A stretch of DNA of 63,961 nt from Octopus bimaculoides (Eukaryota): assembly GCF_001194135.2 (NCBI RefSeq), contig NC_068993.1, forward strand, positions 45,327,786-45,391,746, given 5' to 3'. Made by a program: the position numbers and the translations under genes. Each line of letters begins with the position of its first letter. Position 1 is the first letter of the stretch. Shown here piece after piece: positions 28,071-41,699 of the stretch. The notes under the pieces are model-generated. The model did not search any database and was not told the origin of the DNA. It was given only the letters and a program-made list of their open reading frames with translations.

Positions 28071-29825
28071 TACATGTATATTTATTCACAGAAACACATA
28101 GATATATATATCTATCTATACGCTAGTCTTATCAATATATACAAAACGATAAGCTATGAAAATTTCTTGTTGCTACCCGTTGATTTTTCGTTATTTTTTC
28201 CACATAGTTTAGCTATAACATATTCGCAGTTACATATATGAATTTAATAGTATTTTAGAATTAATATTTAACTGGTACTGGATAAACACAGAACAATGAA
28301 AACCATTCTGAAATAAAGAAATATATAAATGAATATATCCCTGAGTAAGTCATCTCCTGGTATCAATGCAGAATATCCAGTCAGAACATAACTCAAACGG
28401 GGAGACGTCTTCGATAGTTAATTCAGGGTCACCCACAAGAATAACTGAAAATGTGTGTGTCTGACGTGTGTGCAGAGGGATTGGATAAAATGCAGGAATC
28501 ACAGGGAAAAGTATTTGAATTTAGATAGATGAGAAAAAAGAATAGGTAGACGGGCATGTGGATAACGAGGTAGAGTCGTAAATAAAGTAAAGAAGGGCAT
28601 TGTTGAGTGAAAAGGACATTAGGAAGGCCAGAAACAGTTTTTGAGAGAGAACATGCAAAGCACTGAAGAAAGAAGTTATTACATATCGACGTGCAACTGT
28701 TAGAGAGGTCGGAAATGTTATGGATATGTTGCTGTTTTGCATAAGAAAATATTTAAAGACGTTGGATATTCACGAAGAGTTGCAAGACCGAAGTCAATGA
28801 TTTTAAAGGCAAATGAGACCCATAGAATTTTAGGACAAGGAAGACAAGTATTGGTCATTTATAATCAGGTTCGACGGAAATAAATCTTGCTAATTTTTAA
28901 AATTTGGTGGAATTATATATGTGTGGCATAGCAAAAGAGAAACATAGGAGCTGGATGATCTGCAAGGAACAGACGAAGATGAAGTTGTGTTATGGGAAGC
29001 GGTTTGGCAAAAGGAAAATCATGCATACACACACACACACACGCACTCACATGACACCATCGGTAGAAGAAGGAAATATTCTACCAAATTTCAAAACCTA
29101 AGTTTTCATCTTAAAATTATGTTTGAAACTGCATCTCTAGCCATGCAAAAGAAAAAACAAAACAAAAGACAAAAAACAAAAATGAAAGCATAAAACCAAA
29201 GAAAGGTCAGAGATAAAGATGTAAGAGATGGTCAAACAGGTTCCAAGTTTTGTAGAACAAATAGTCGCCTGCTAAGGAAGGTCGCTTGTGATGGACTTGT
29301 ATGCCGTTTCATTTTCTTTTCTGATTACTTTTTTGAGTTGTGTTGTGAAGTTACATTAGTTTTACAAACAAANNNNNNNNNNNNNNNNNNNNNNNNNNNN
29401 NNNNNNNNNNNNNNNNNNNNNNNNNNNNNNNNNNNNNNNNNNNNNNNNNNNNNNNNNNNNNNNNNNNNNNNNNNNNNNNNNNNNNNNNNNNNNNNNNNNN
29501 NNNNNNNNNNNNNNNNNNNNNNNNNNNNNNNNNNNNNNNNNNNNNNNNNNNNNNNNNNNNNNNNNNNNNNNNNNNNNNNNNNNNNNNNNNNNNNNNNNNN
29601 NNNNNNNNNNNNNNNNNNNNNNNNNNNNNCAACAACACTTATTAAACAATAATATTTAACTTAAATACGTTTTCAAATTTCTAAATATTTCACTGATTCA
29701 CAAAACATACGAAGTTAAAACATCAATATTCTTTGTAAAATTTAAAGCGGATTTTGCGCAAAATTGTAAAATGATAAGTATTTCCACTTACCATCAAACA
29801 CGTCATAAACGACAGTTATCATGTA

Positions 29826-30300
29826 CTTTGTCTTTGTATAAAAGATGGGCTACAGCAAATATTCTGCTCAACATCACAGATTTGCTTGTCTGTTGCTTGA
29901 CCATAACCAGTTGAGCATGTCGCTTAGTGGCTGACGACATGTGCATCTCTGATCACAAGCAGAAGTACTGGGAGAGCATCATAGCCATGAGTTGAGAGGA
30001 ATTCTTTGGGGTTTGGATAATTCAGCTCTGGAAACGGGTGTTTTGTTCATCATTTTTAAACAACCTTTATTCAGGGACCTTTTGAGTGGGATGGGATACA
30101 CGACCTGAAGAAAATTCTAACTGGGTCCCACCTGCAAGGTCATGTGGTGTTAATCTTGATATGAGGTCATCATGTCGCGCACATATGGTTGTGATGCATG
30201 TGCCTGGTGTACCCTTATCAGACGGGTAGTCATGATGGGTATAATGGGCTGCGTATATTTTACCTCAGTGTCACTTTGGTGGCTTGCTCTGCTCTCTCAC
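29826..30300. mobile_element. Unclassified ~470-bp dispersed repeat, family D, copy 1
   Basis: Colinear with 61081-61518 (ATAAAAGATGGGCTACAGCAAATATT...CTGGGTCCCACCTGCAAGG...TATATTTTACC.CAGTG). Confidence 0.8.
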
Positions 30301-31131
30301 TCACTCATACATATACACACACACATACATACATACATAGATACATACATACANNNNNNNNNNNNNNNNNNNNNNNNNNNNNNNNNNNNNNNNNNNNNNN
30401 NNNNNNNNNNNNNNNNNNNNNNNNNNNNNNNNNNNNNNNNNNNNNNNNNNNNNNNNNNNNNNNNNNNNNNNNNNNNNNNNNNNNNNNNNNNNNNNNNNNN
30501 NNNNNNNNNNNNNATATATATATAAAACATATTCGCAAATGTATATACACAGACACGCACGCATTCCCATAGTGAAACATAAGCGCGCGCATATGCGTAC
30601 AAACCTCACATAAAAGCAGAAACAAAGACACATACGTCCATATATGAATCTAGCTACATTTACATTGAATCAACACAGATGCACTACTATATATTCCTAC
30701 CCTCACACACACACATACAAAATGAACGTTTTTACACGTATACTTTTTCCCGTGTTCACATATTCATACCAAAATATACACATATATGCGCATGTATAAT
30801 TTGTGTATGGTGATACACCTATGCAAAGGAGCACATTAACCGATTCCCGCACAATATCTTGTCTTGCAGCGCGTTCATTCACCTTACAAGATCTGCGCAC
30901 ATTTGCACGCTCTTATAATATCAGATACTATCGAAGGAAAACGTAAATTCAAGCTCTCACACAGAACACGAATGATATGTCGCTTTTTCTCTCTTACTGT
31001 TTATGTCAATCTCACTTATTTTTCTCTTACAGAATAGGGTGTACACACAAATGTGAGTGCACACATATGTATTTATGTACAAACACACATATATTAGTAT
31101 ATGCAAGAGGATATATGTGTACTTATATACT

Positions 31132-31163
<32 letters not shown>

Positions 31164-32475
31164 TGTAGTATGTATGTATATATNNNNNNNNNNNNNNNNN
31201 NNNNNNNNNNNNNNNNNNNNNNNNNNNNNNNNNNNNNNNNNNNNNNNNNNNNNNNNNNNNNNNNNNNNNNNNNNNNNNNNNNNNNNNNNNNNNNNNNNNN
31301 NNNNNNNNNNNNNNNNNNNNNNNNNNNNNNNNNNNNNNNNNNNNNNNNNNNNNNNNNNNNNNNNNNNNNNNNNNNNNNNNNNNNNNNNNNNNNNNNNNNN
31401 NNNNNNNNNNNNNNNNNNNNNNNNNNNNNNNNNNNNNNNNNNNNNNNNNNNNNNNNNNNNNNNNNNNNNNNNNNNNNNNNNNNNNNNNNNNNNNNNNNNN
31501 NNNNNNNNNNNNNNNNNNNNNNNNNNNNNNNNNNNNNNNNNNNNNNNNNNNNNNNNNNNNNNNNNNNNNNNNNNNNNNNNNNNNNNNNNNNNNNNNNNNN
31601 NNNNNNNNNNNNNNNNNNNNNNNNNNNNNNNNNNNNNNNNNNNNNNNNNNNNNNNNNNNNNNNNNNNNNNNNNNNNNNNNNNNNNNNNNNNNNNNNNNNN
31701 NNNNNNNNNNNNNNNNNNNNNNNNNNNNNNNNNNNNNNNNNNNNNNNNNNNNNNNNNNNNNNNNNNNNNNNNNNNNNNNNNNNNNNNNNNNNNNNNNNNN
31801 NNNNNNNNNNNNNNNNNNNNNNNNNNNNNNNNNNNNNNNNNNNNNNNNNNNNNNNNNNNNNNNNNNNNNNNNNNNNNNNNNNNNNNNNNNNNNNNNNNNN
31901 NNNNNNNNNNNNNNNNNNNNNNNNNNNNNNNNNNNNNNNNNNNNNNNNNNNNNNNNNNNNNNNNNNNNNNNNNNNNNNNNNNNNNNNNNNNNNNNNNNNN
32001 NNNNNNNNNNNNNNNNNNNNNNNNNNNNNNNNNNNNNNNNNNNNNNNNNNNNNNNNNNNNNNNNNNNNNNNNNNNNNNNNNNNNNNNNNNNNNNATATAT
32101 ATATATATATATATATATATGTATACTCCTTCTCTCATACACAGTGAAGCAGACATATATTCATGCACAAGGCTGCCACTCAAATGCTCACCATATACAG
32201 ACAGATACATTGCACTAGTGCTTTTCTTTTTACAGTCGGATTATATGCGTGCATGACTTAATGGTATCCAGAGGCTAGTAATAATTGTATATAGTGCTTT
32301 ATGCCAATTTCAGTTAGGTTTTCCAGAGTGCCAGAGGTTCTGTTAGTAAAAGACATATTTTGCAAAAGAATTAGAAATTGTAGTTGTTTTGTCTGTCTTT
32401 TGATTGTATTCCTCTATAGTTGATTCTCCTTTGTGCATTTTCATACGTCTGTCTGCCTAACTCAGTGTGTGAGTG

Positions 32476-32506
<31 letters not shown>

Positions 32507-32540
32507 ATGTGTGTGTGTATCTATCTATCTATCTATCTAC

Positions 32541-32576
<36 letters not shown>

Positions 32577-33728
32577 TTACGTATATACGTTGAGGGAAAA
32601 GCATGACTTCTCTTTCAAACATTATACTAAAGACACGACTGTGTTCAATTCAATATTTTTTATCAATGATTTTTCACATATTGTTACATCTCCTTTACAT
32701 TAGAAAAAGAAATAATAATACTTAATAATACTTTTTTTTTTTTATTAAGTAAACCTAACATTTCAAGAGCTTACCGATCTCATCGTCTGAATGAAGTGAT
32801 AAAAGCGACACGTTGAAACCGCTTTTTCTCGTAGAAAACAACCAAAATTTTTGTGAACCTCTTTACCACATTCATAAATTAAAGTTAACCTCCAGAGTGA
32901 AGTGGGTATACACACTCACACACAGAGGCATATATATATATATATCTGTTGATTCCCTAGAAGCGATAAATTACAGGGCTATACAAATGTAAAGTATTCT
33001 TTAATGCATTATAACTAAAAGGCTGTATTTCCAGTTCTCAGGATCACTAACCTCCGATTATCAGTCGGTAAACCGAGCATGGTTTTCTTTTGAAATATCC
33101 ACTGCCTGAAATATCCACAGTGGCTGTTTCGAAAGTAAACCTTGCTAGGTTTACCAGCAAAGTTTATGTACATATATATGCTCAGTGTTGAGCTTTCTTT
33201 GGGGCTTATCTGTAATTTTTATATGATATGTGTAAGCGAGAATGATATCAGTTACGCTATCCCGCTGCAAATTTGGTGAATAAAGAGAACACATACACTA
33301 TATATGTGCGACTGATAATATTTACATAACTAAAGCTACTTCAATTTGCAATCCAATTTTCTGTCACATGTGCTATGCTGAAGCACATCAGCAAATAAAT
33401 TTCACTCAGCTTGCATTTAAGTCATAGACCAGCGATTCATTTCATTTCGTTTTGATCCAAGTACATGGTATTCATAAACCACAATAATAGCGAAATATCG
33501 ATATCTACTACTCTCGGTGATTCCGCGAATGGTAGATATCACACAGACTTTGATACTAGTCTATGACATTTAGGCATTCGTAAACACTCGGCACCGTTTG
33601 GGGAGCTTTCTTCGGACGCTATCTCGCAGCAAAGTTTGCATATAAACAAAGCACATACGCTATATATATGTGCGACCGATAATATGTATACACATATATT
33701 AAAGTATATATGCATATATACATAGATA

Positions 33729-33781
<53 letters not shown>

Positions 33782-34689
33782 GATCTATCGATCTATCTAT
33801 CTACTACATATACATACATAAACATGCATATATATAAACGCACGTCAACATTTCACTGTCACTATTTAAAGCATGCACAACCTAGTACTTAATTGAAATT
33901 GTTTGCAAATTTGCATCATGCATTAGTCGGTTGCATGATTAAAAGTTTATTACATATTTGTTAATGCTTAAAACACCGTGTATTAGGGAATCTAACATAG
34001 TATAATAGTTTGTTACGCATACACCGTGAAAAAGAAACAAATGCCAATGCTGTTTCTGCTTAAAGCTATTTGCCTATTTAATGACTCCGTCACCTAATGT
34101 GCGATATGCAGATTAGCATTGTAATTTTGGATAAATACTAACTTTGTGAGTGAGTTAAATAGTTATTGCTATGAAATTATCTTCGCAGGCGAATGAGTGT
34201 GTTTTACCTGTGAAGAGTGGACAACCCATTACGAAACATTTCAGGACTGATAAAGAATAACAGTTTTATCATAAGTTGTTGTTGGGGCTAATATGTTATA
34301 TGCTACACGCTAATTATGTACACACACATACCTAGACACACACACACACACACACACACGCGCGCGTGCATTCACATGTATACATACAAAGCGACAAACA
34401 TATAAACATATAGAGTGCATGTATGCGTGCACTCATATGTGTCTTTGTATGTGTGGTGTCTAAATACTATACATATCATCGCTTAGCTGTTTACTAAACA
34501 AACAAATTCACTTAATCACCAAAGCACTGAAATGTTTCTATCAGCTATCACTATGTCGTCTGTGCTTCTTATACTGAACGTATAGAAATTATTTCTAACG
34601 ATAATGAATCAGCCGTATGAAGTGTTAAATAAACTTTTGGTTAGACTGGTGACTATAGTCAGATCTGAAAATTTATGGTCTGAACGGGT

Positions 34690-35195
34690 CTAAGGGCCAA
34701 ATTCTGATGTACGTATGCTGTAATCTGCTGTAAATAAATAAATATTATAGGATCCAGAGCATTGATTCGCATGGGGTCATCACGTGTTTTTGTGGGGGGG
34801 ACCCCACTTCTGATTTTTGTATGTTGTGGTTTGCTGTCAAAAAATAAATATTATAGGGACTTGTGCATTGATTTACTTGGGGCCTCACTGGTATCTAGGG
34901 GCCTCAATACTCATCTGTGTGTTGAAGTTTGCTATCGTGAAATAAATTCTACAAGAATGAGTGAGTTGATTTGTTTATGGGCCTCACGTGTCTAAGCCCC
35001 CCCCCCCCCAGTTCTTATCTCTGGATGTTGTGGCTTGCTGTCAGTAAATATATACTATAAGGACGAGTGAGTTGATTTGTTTGTCCGCCGCACGTGTCTA
35101 GGGGGCTCCAGTTCTGATCGCTGTACATTGTGGCTTGGTGACAATAAATAAATACTGCAGAGCCCTGCGCACTGATTTGCCTGGGAGCCTACAAT
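34690..35195. repeat. Degenerate ~100-105 bp minisatellite, about 5 units
   Basis: An AAATAAATATTATAGG-like anchor recurs at about 34737, 34842, 34943, 35045 and 35143, with shared TGATTTG...CACGTGTCTA...TTCTGAT...TTGTGG(C/T)TTGCTGTC segments. Confidence 0.75.
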
Positions 35196-36164
35196 GCTGG
35201 TGAGGCAGCACTAGGTGACATTCGTATCAATTTTTCATCGGGCGATTAGATGAACATCATTAAAGTGGACACTTTTGGTAAGAATCAGAACTCAATGTTT
35301 TCTCATATGTTACGCGGAAGGATTTGTTTAAATGTAACCTAAACTCTAGAAACCAACTATTGATGTGAGTAATAGAAGTTTTGAAAGTTTTAATTAATTT
35401 CATTTGGGACTCCCTTTAATTACGCCCACAATCTTTTTTTAGTTTCTAATTAATTTCTAATTAAATCTATAATGAACTTATAATTAAAGAAGATTTCGAT
35501 TTTTATAGTCCACCACAATATGTGTTGTTTCAAAATGATTTTTACGGAACATATATACACCCCTCCATATCCTCCACACAGAAGCACATACATATCACGC
35601 TTGCACATATGAAGTCACACATTTACATATTCACTCACTTACAATCATAGACACCTGGGCTTAATTACATAGAGATCAAGTCACCCATGCATACACTCAC
35701 ACAGACTTTGATACTCATACATACACGCACGTTTATTCTAAATCTATTTCGCTGAATAGTACTTGTAAAACATGTTCATCTATCCTCGTTCATCACGAGT
35801 GTTTCGTTCCAAAGTACACCGTGTTAAATGAATCAGTGATAACTGAATAAGAGACTATTGGTACAATAGATTTTATTCAGTGACTTCAAGTTGTCCTGAG
35901 CATTGTAAATGGTCACTGGGGCGCGCTTTCAAAGTCCAAGCACAAACTTGCTCCCACAGATCAATTCGTGATAAGCGCAACACGGTTGGAACTTGCCTAT
36001 ATTTAGATTGAATGAATGTGGTTATTAAGTTTTCACTTTTATATTACACTATGGAAGACAGTAGGGAATATTTTTTGTATGACTTAAAGGATTGGTCACT
36101 GTTTAGTTAGGTATTTAGGGGTTGGTTATAGATTTACTTATTGAATTTATTTACCGATACTGTT

Positions 36165-37072
36165 GTACATATACCGACACTGTTGTACATATTCGCTTTC
36201 CCCGAATATCCTCTCTCAAACGCTTAACAAAATTCGTAGTAGAACTCAGTTGACGATCTGGTCCCGGGGGACGAATTCTCGATTTACAATACCGCAAATG
36301 TCGAAAAAAGAAAAAAGATGGGCATGTTCTTGATTGAGTTGCAGCTCTGTCGTGTCTTCTTCGGTCGTGGAGATGAAGGGGTCTTCCAATGTGACGACTT
36401 TTGCTTCCTGTCAGACTCATATTCGTGATAATCCTCGACATGAAGATTGGGTCATCAGCGGTACGTCTATGAAGATCTTGACAGACTTCGACGCAATGTT
36501 CTTTTTATTCAGTGGTCAGCAGGCGGGGGACAAACTTGGCTGAGACACACCGCATGTTCAATTTCAGACGTTAGGATTGCCTGCACGGACCCATACGACT
36601 GACCAACAACATCAGCAATGTCGATAATTGATTTTCGACAACTCACATGCCCCAAGCGGATGAATTTTCTGCACATTTCCGAGGGTGACGCTCGTGACAG
36701 GTCTTCTAGGGATGTTCCTCCGCTTTTGAAGCTCCCGTGCCACTCGAATCATTGCGTATGACCTATTGTCTCATCGCTGTAAGCTTGCTGAAGCATGTTC
36801 AATGTCTCTGTAGCAGACTTCCCAACTTTAACGCAAAATTTTATGTTGCCTTTTTGTTCTAACTTCCTGTCCATGACAAAATCGCAGACTACAGCATCTG
36901 CATGATCACAAAATCATAAATTTCACAACTTGCAATGTAAACGCAGCAATGTCACTCGGCACACTGACTCATGAAGGGCACTGCTAGCTCCCACTGTGCA
37001 CGCAACCGTGTGCTGCCATTTATTGGCACGCTACAGAACTAGTCCGGGAACGTTTTTGATATTACCTCGAAT
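36165..37072 (-). mobile_element. Decayed, 3'-truncated mariner transposon
   Basis: ATG at 36874 gives MDRKLEQKGNIKFCVKVGKSATETLNMLQQAY, then AKFVPRLLT, SRIIT and WKTPSSPRPKK. A TIR-like CGAGGTAATATCAAAAACGTTCCCGGACT lies at the 37070 end. Confidence 0.9.
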
Positions 37073-37428
37073 GTAGTGCAAAATCAAGAAAAAAGTACAG
37101 CGAATCTGCAGTGAGAAATGGAAAAAAAAAATCTAATGTTTCGGACAAAGTCCTTTATCAAGAGAAACTTTGGCAGGAGGATATAAAACACAGCTGTGCC
37201 ATTTTAATTCCTCCTCTGTCAAAATTGCCTTGAAGAAGAACAATGTCCAAAGCGTGGGATTTTCTACACTTCCTGGTAATCTCAATGTATTTTTGTCGAT
37301 TTTACTAAATAATACAAGTCTTGCCGACGTAGACCGGTGCTAGTATATCTAGAGTCTCTCTGATCGTACACACACACACATCATATATATATGTATGCAT
37401 ATATATGTATGTACATATATGTAAGCAT

Positions 37429-37481
<53 letters not shown>

Positions 37482-37845
37482 NNNNNNNNNNNNNNNNNNN
37501 NNNNNNNNNNNNNNNNNNNNNNNNNNNNNNNNNNNNNNNNNNNNNNNNNNNNNNNNNNNNNNNNNNNNNNNNNNNNNNNNNNNNNNNNNNNNNNNNNNNN
37601 NNNNNNNNNNNNNNNNNNNNNNNNNNNNNNNNNNNNNNNNNNNNNNNNNNNNNNNNNNNNNNNNNNNNNNNNNNNNNNNNNNNNNNNNNNNNNNNNNNNN
37701 NNNNNNNNNNNNNNNNNNNNNNNNNNNNNNNNNNNNNNNNNNNNNNNNNNNNNNNNNNNNNNNNNNNNNNNNNNNNNNNNNNNNNNNNNNNNNNNNNNNN
37801 NNNNNNNNNNNNNNNNNNNNNNNNNNNNNNNNNNNNNNNNNNNNN

Positions 37846-37890
<45 letters not shown>

Positions 37891-38148
37891 CAGAGAGTAA
37901 AAGTATAAAAATACACAAAAATATAATAGAAATAATGAAAAAAAAAATGTATGGAAATAGACAGAAAAGAGCTTCAACGAATGAGAAAAGTGATAAAATA
38001 GCAATAGTAGGAGTAGAGGAAGATGATGATGATGAAAAAGAAGAAGAAGGAGGAGGAGGAGGAAGAGGAAGAGAGGAGGAGAAGGTGATGATGATGATGA
38101 AGATGCAGGAGAAGAAAAAGAGGATGAAAAAGATGAAAAAGTTGATAA

Positions 38149-38196
<48 letters not shown>

Positions 38197-38663
38197 TCAA
38201 AACAATTTATTTTGTTTTCAAATATTAATTGTATGCTGCAAACAAGCAATTGTGTTTTGTTAATGGCGTTTGTCTGGAAATTGGAAAGACTAGAAAACGA
38301 AAAACGTGGCAGACATTATATAATTCTCTTAATCTTTTATTCTCTTAATGTTTGTTCTTTTTACAGGTTTCAGTCATTGGACATTTGTTCATGCTGGGGT
38401 AAAGTCATTAAGAATTTCTTTTTGTTAATTATATTGATAGTAATTAGCCTGGTGTTAATTTTACCGTTCTTTACTCTAATGAATGAGCTTACTTTGAAGT
38501 GCGTCCATTGTAAAAGGGGTACTTAAGGTGTAAATATCTCAGCCGGTATACTCAAACAATGATAGGCACGCTTACATACATACATACATACATAAATACA
38601 TACATACATACATGCATAAATACATACATACATACATACATACATACATACATACTAATATAC

Positions 38664-38961
38664 ATAGAGGTCAGCCCTGTTGATGTGAACGTCTCTTTGA
38701 AAATCAAATAGAAAGAAGATAACTATGGACAACTGCTTCGAAACAACCAACTTCTATATCCAAATTACAAATTTATATTTTCCCCGAATAATAATTGGAA
38801 CACGTGGTTTTGTAAGTAAATGCCTAACTGTCAGTCTGAATAAGCTTGGATTTATAGAAAAAGAAATCAATCAACTGTTTTGTACATCAAAAATACAAAG
38901 TGTAAGCGGAACAGCAAAACTATGCAAGACTTTTCTCAGGTTTAAAGTGATGGAGCTTTGA
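38664..38961 (+). mobile_element. C-terminal RLE endonuclease fragment of a non-LTR retrotransposon
   Basis: IEVS.PVDVNVSLKIK*KEDNYGQLLRNNQLLYPNYKF, then a frameshift to IIIGTRGFVSKCL...SGTAKLCKTFL. Confidence 0.7.
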
Positions 38962-39963
38962 ATTATTTTTAGAAACCAGATCCTTCTCAGGGGAAGAACT
39001 GAATTGATTAAAAACAGAAGACATACATACATATAACTCGTTTTTACCCAAAAGGTTGTTAAGTCAATATTTACACACTATTACTTATAGCTTTATTTCC
39101 TTCGAGATACACCGTTCCTAAAAATATTATTTCAGTCAGGCGCAGACGTGGCTGTGGGGTAAGGAGTTTGTTTTCTAATAATATGGTTTCAGATTCAGTC
39201 CCACTGCGCGACAGATGCTTCTTTTGGCTGCCTCCACAGGTATACTCGGCCAGTAGTCGGAAATACGGTAAAGGATGACTCGTCCGAGTAATATGACATT
39301 CTTCCACTGCTCTAGGGACCAATTCTGTTGGATTTTACATTGTAGAAACATTAAGTAGATTAGACAGATATGTTTATATATATATATATATATATATATA
39401 NNNNNNNNNNNNNNNNNNNNNNNNNNNNNNNNNNNNNNNNNNNNNNNNNNNNNNNNNNNNNNNNNNNNNNNNNNNNNNNNNNNNNNNNNNNNNNNNNNNN
39501 NNNNNNNNNNNNNNNNNNNNNNNNNNNNNNNNNNNNNNNNNNNNNNNNNNNNNNNNNNNNNNNNNNNNNNNNNNNNNNNNNNNNNNNNNNNNNNNNNNNN
39601 NNNNNNNNNNNNNNNNNNNNNNNNNNNNNNNNNNNNNNNNNNNNNNNNNNNNNNNNNNNNNNNNNNNNNNNNNNNNNNNNNNNNNNNNNNNNNNNNNNNN
39701 NNNNNNNNNNNNNNNNNNNNNNNNNNNNNNNNNNNNNNNNNNNNNNNNNNNNNNNNNNNNNNNNNNNNNNNNNNNNNNNNNNNNNNNNNNNNNNNNNNNT
39801 ATATAAATAAGATAATAGTACAACAATGCACCAATATTTTTCTCTTTTGAGTATTTATATATGTATATATTTATCAACCTGCCTCCCCTTCCAAACTCCC
39901 ATCATAGAACCGCATTCGCATCTGGTCCCGAACTTTTAAAAAAGATTTTTGTCATTCTTCTAT

Positions 39964-40001
39964 GTTTTCTGATGAAGGACTTGCGTCGAAAACGTCAAGA
40001 C
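39964..40001 (+). ncRNA. Minimal type-I hammerhead motif in a family F repeat (about 39900-40085)
   Basis: GUUUU-CUGAUGA-AG-GAC-UUGC-GUC-GAAA-ACG-UC-AAGAC: intact core, 3-bp stem II, GUC triplet and 5-bp stem I. Confidence 0.55.
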
Positions 40002-40369
40002 TCCCTTCTCTCTGAGTTAAACTAATATAACATTTGTTGAAACTTGTCCCTTCTTTGTTGTTTTTTTTATGGAAATTGTCTAACATATATTTATATGCGT
40101 ACACACACGGTCACATATACACACACACGTGCACACATAGTTATAGAATTCATTGCAATCTGAGCACATTAACAGGTAGAACACCAGAAATGACTAGGTA
40201 TAATAACATAGGATTCACAGTGAGGTAAGACAAGGTAAAACAACAATGAAACTATCATGTGTTGGCAGGATATTGTAGTTATGAGAGCTCCAATTTGAAC
40301 TTTGGATCAACTCAGACATGGTACTAGAGTCCTAGGTACGATGTAGGTGCAAGAAAGAATGCAAATGGG

Positions 40370-40468
40370 GTTTAAAATTTACAACAGCTGTTTCGGTAGG
40401 ATTTTATTGATGTATTAATAGACTACATCATAGAATAAGATCCACCATCTTCAGGTAAAATTTTAAAC
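40370..40468 (-). ncRNA. Type-I hammerhead ribozyme with extended stems
   Basis: Minus strand: 13-bp stem I (GUUUAAAAUUUUAC / GUAAAUUUUAAAC, one bulge), CUGAAGA-U, long stem II (GGUGGAU/AUCCUACC, UUAUU/AAUAA, GAUGUA/UACAUC), GAAA, palindromic ACAGCUGU stem III and GUU triplet. Confidence 0.75.
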
Positions 40469-40962
40469 AGGTATAAACAGGTGAGATAATATCTTGATGA
40501 TGACTAATGTAAACAATGTTAGGTAAGTGGCATTTTAAATAATAACATTCCAATTAGAAGATTTGAATTAGAAGTGGCTATAAAGTTCATGCGAGAAACA
40601 AAAAGAAATAAACTTCTCTATTATTTCTAGCCAGTTATCTTAATTATTTTATTGCCAAAACTGGCTATGAGGATGTACAGGAAACACAGACATGTTGTAG
40701 CCAAGAGATGTCTCTCTAGGTCATTAAAGCCAGGAAGATATCTTGTCAGTTAAGTGAGATAAAAGAAAGCAAACCTATGAGCAGCAGAAAGTCAAACAAC
40801 TGTCATCACATTTCCATGCACGTACACCCCGCCACACACATATAGACACACATACTCATACGTACGTATATATTTATGTATTTATGTACACACACACATA
40901 TGTATATATACACACACACGCACACACACATATGTATATACACAAACACACACGCGCGCACG

Positions 40963-41008
<46 letters not shown>

Positions 41009-41109
41009 CTTTTGTTATTTACACCACCTGTCCTCGTCTGTTGTTATTNNNNNNNNNNTTGTTATTTACACCACCTGTCCTCGTCTGTTGTTATTATTTG
41101 TATATTCTC

Positions 41110-41153
<44 letters not shown>

Positions 41154-41699
41154 CGCATACACACATATATCGGGAAAGCATTTCTAAGAGTTCTTTATAG
41201 CCATATACGAACTAAATCAGGAAACATATCTTTCTCTGTATATATGTTTATATACATACATACATACATACATACATACATGCATGCATAATACATACAT
41301 ACATATATTACATACATACATGTGTGAGTGTGAGTGTGTATGTTTGCGTGCGCGTGTGAACTTAACGGAGTCCTAATCAAATGGTTCCGTAGCTATACAC
41401 AATGACACACGTGTGAGATAACACGCAGTAACATCGGCCGGAACTTCATAGATTGAAAGTGGAACTTCTCAAACTTTGGATGACACTACGCATAAAGTCC
41501 TTGATATACAACACCGGATAGTTATGACTGCAATGTTTTTGATCATAAATCTGTTTGGACGGAAATATGAAAGAAAAATTGTTTTCGCTAGAAATTGAAC
41601 TCAGAATGTAAAAAACCGTGCCTAAATACGGTCTTACGCACTAACGACGGTTCTGTTATACCGTTAATTCTAGTGATCTTTTCTAAGAACCTACCTCGC

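Noticed and set aside
28400-28760. Possible CR1/L2 3' end remnant or membrane-protein-like ORF (28521-28742, minus strand)
   Set aside because: The motif resemblance is too weak to support either call.
33135-33154. Perfect 8-bp hairpin GTAAACCT-TGCT-AGGTTTAC
   Set aside because: Isolated, with no ribozyme core or element terminus attached; expected by chance in 64 kb.
41010-41095. 37-bp direct repeat TTGTTATTTACACCACCTGTCCTCGTCTGTTGTTATT
   Set aside because: The two copies flank a 10-N gap, typical of an unmerged contig overlap.
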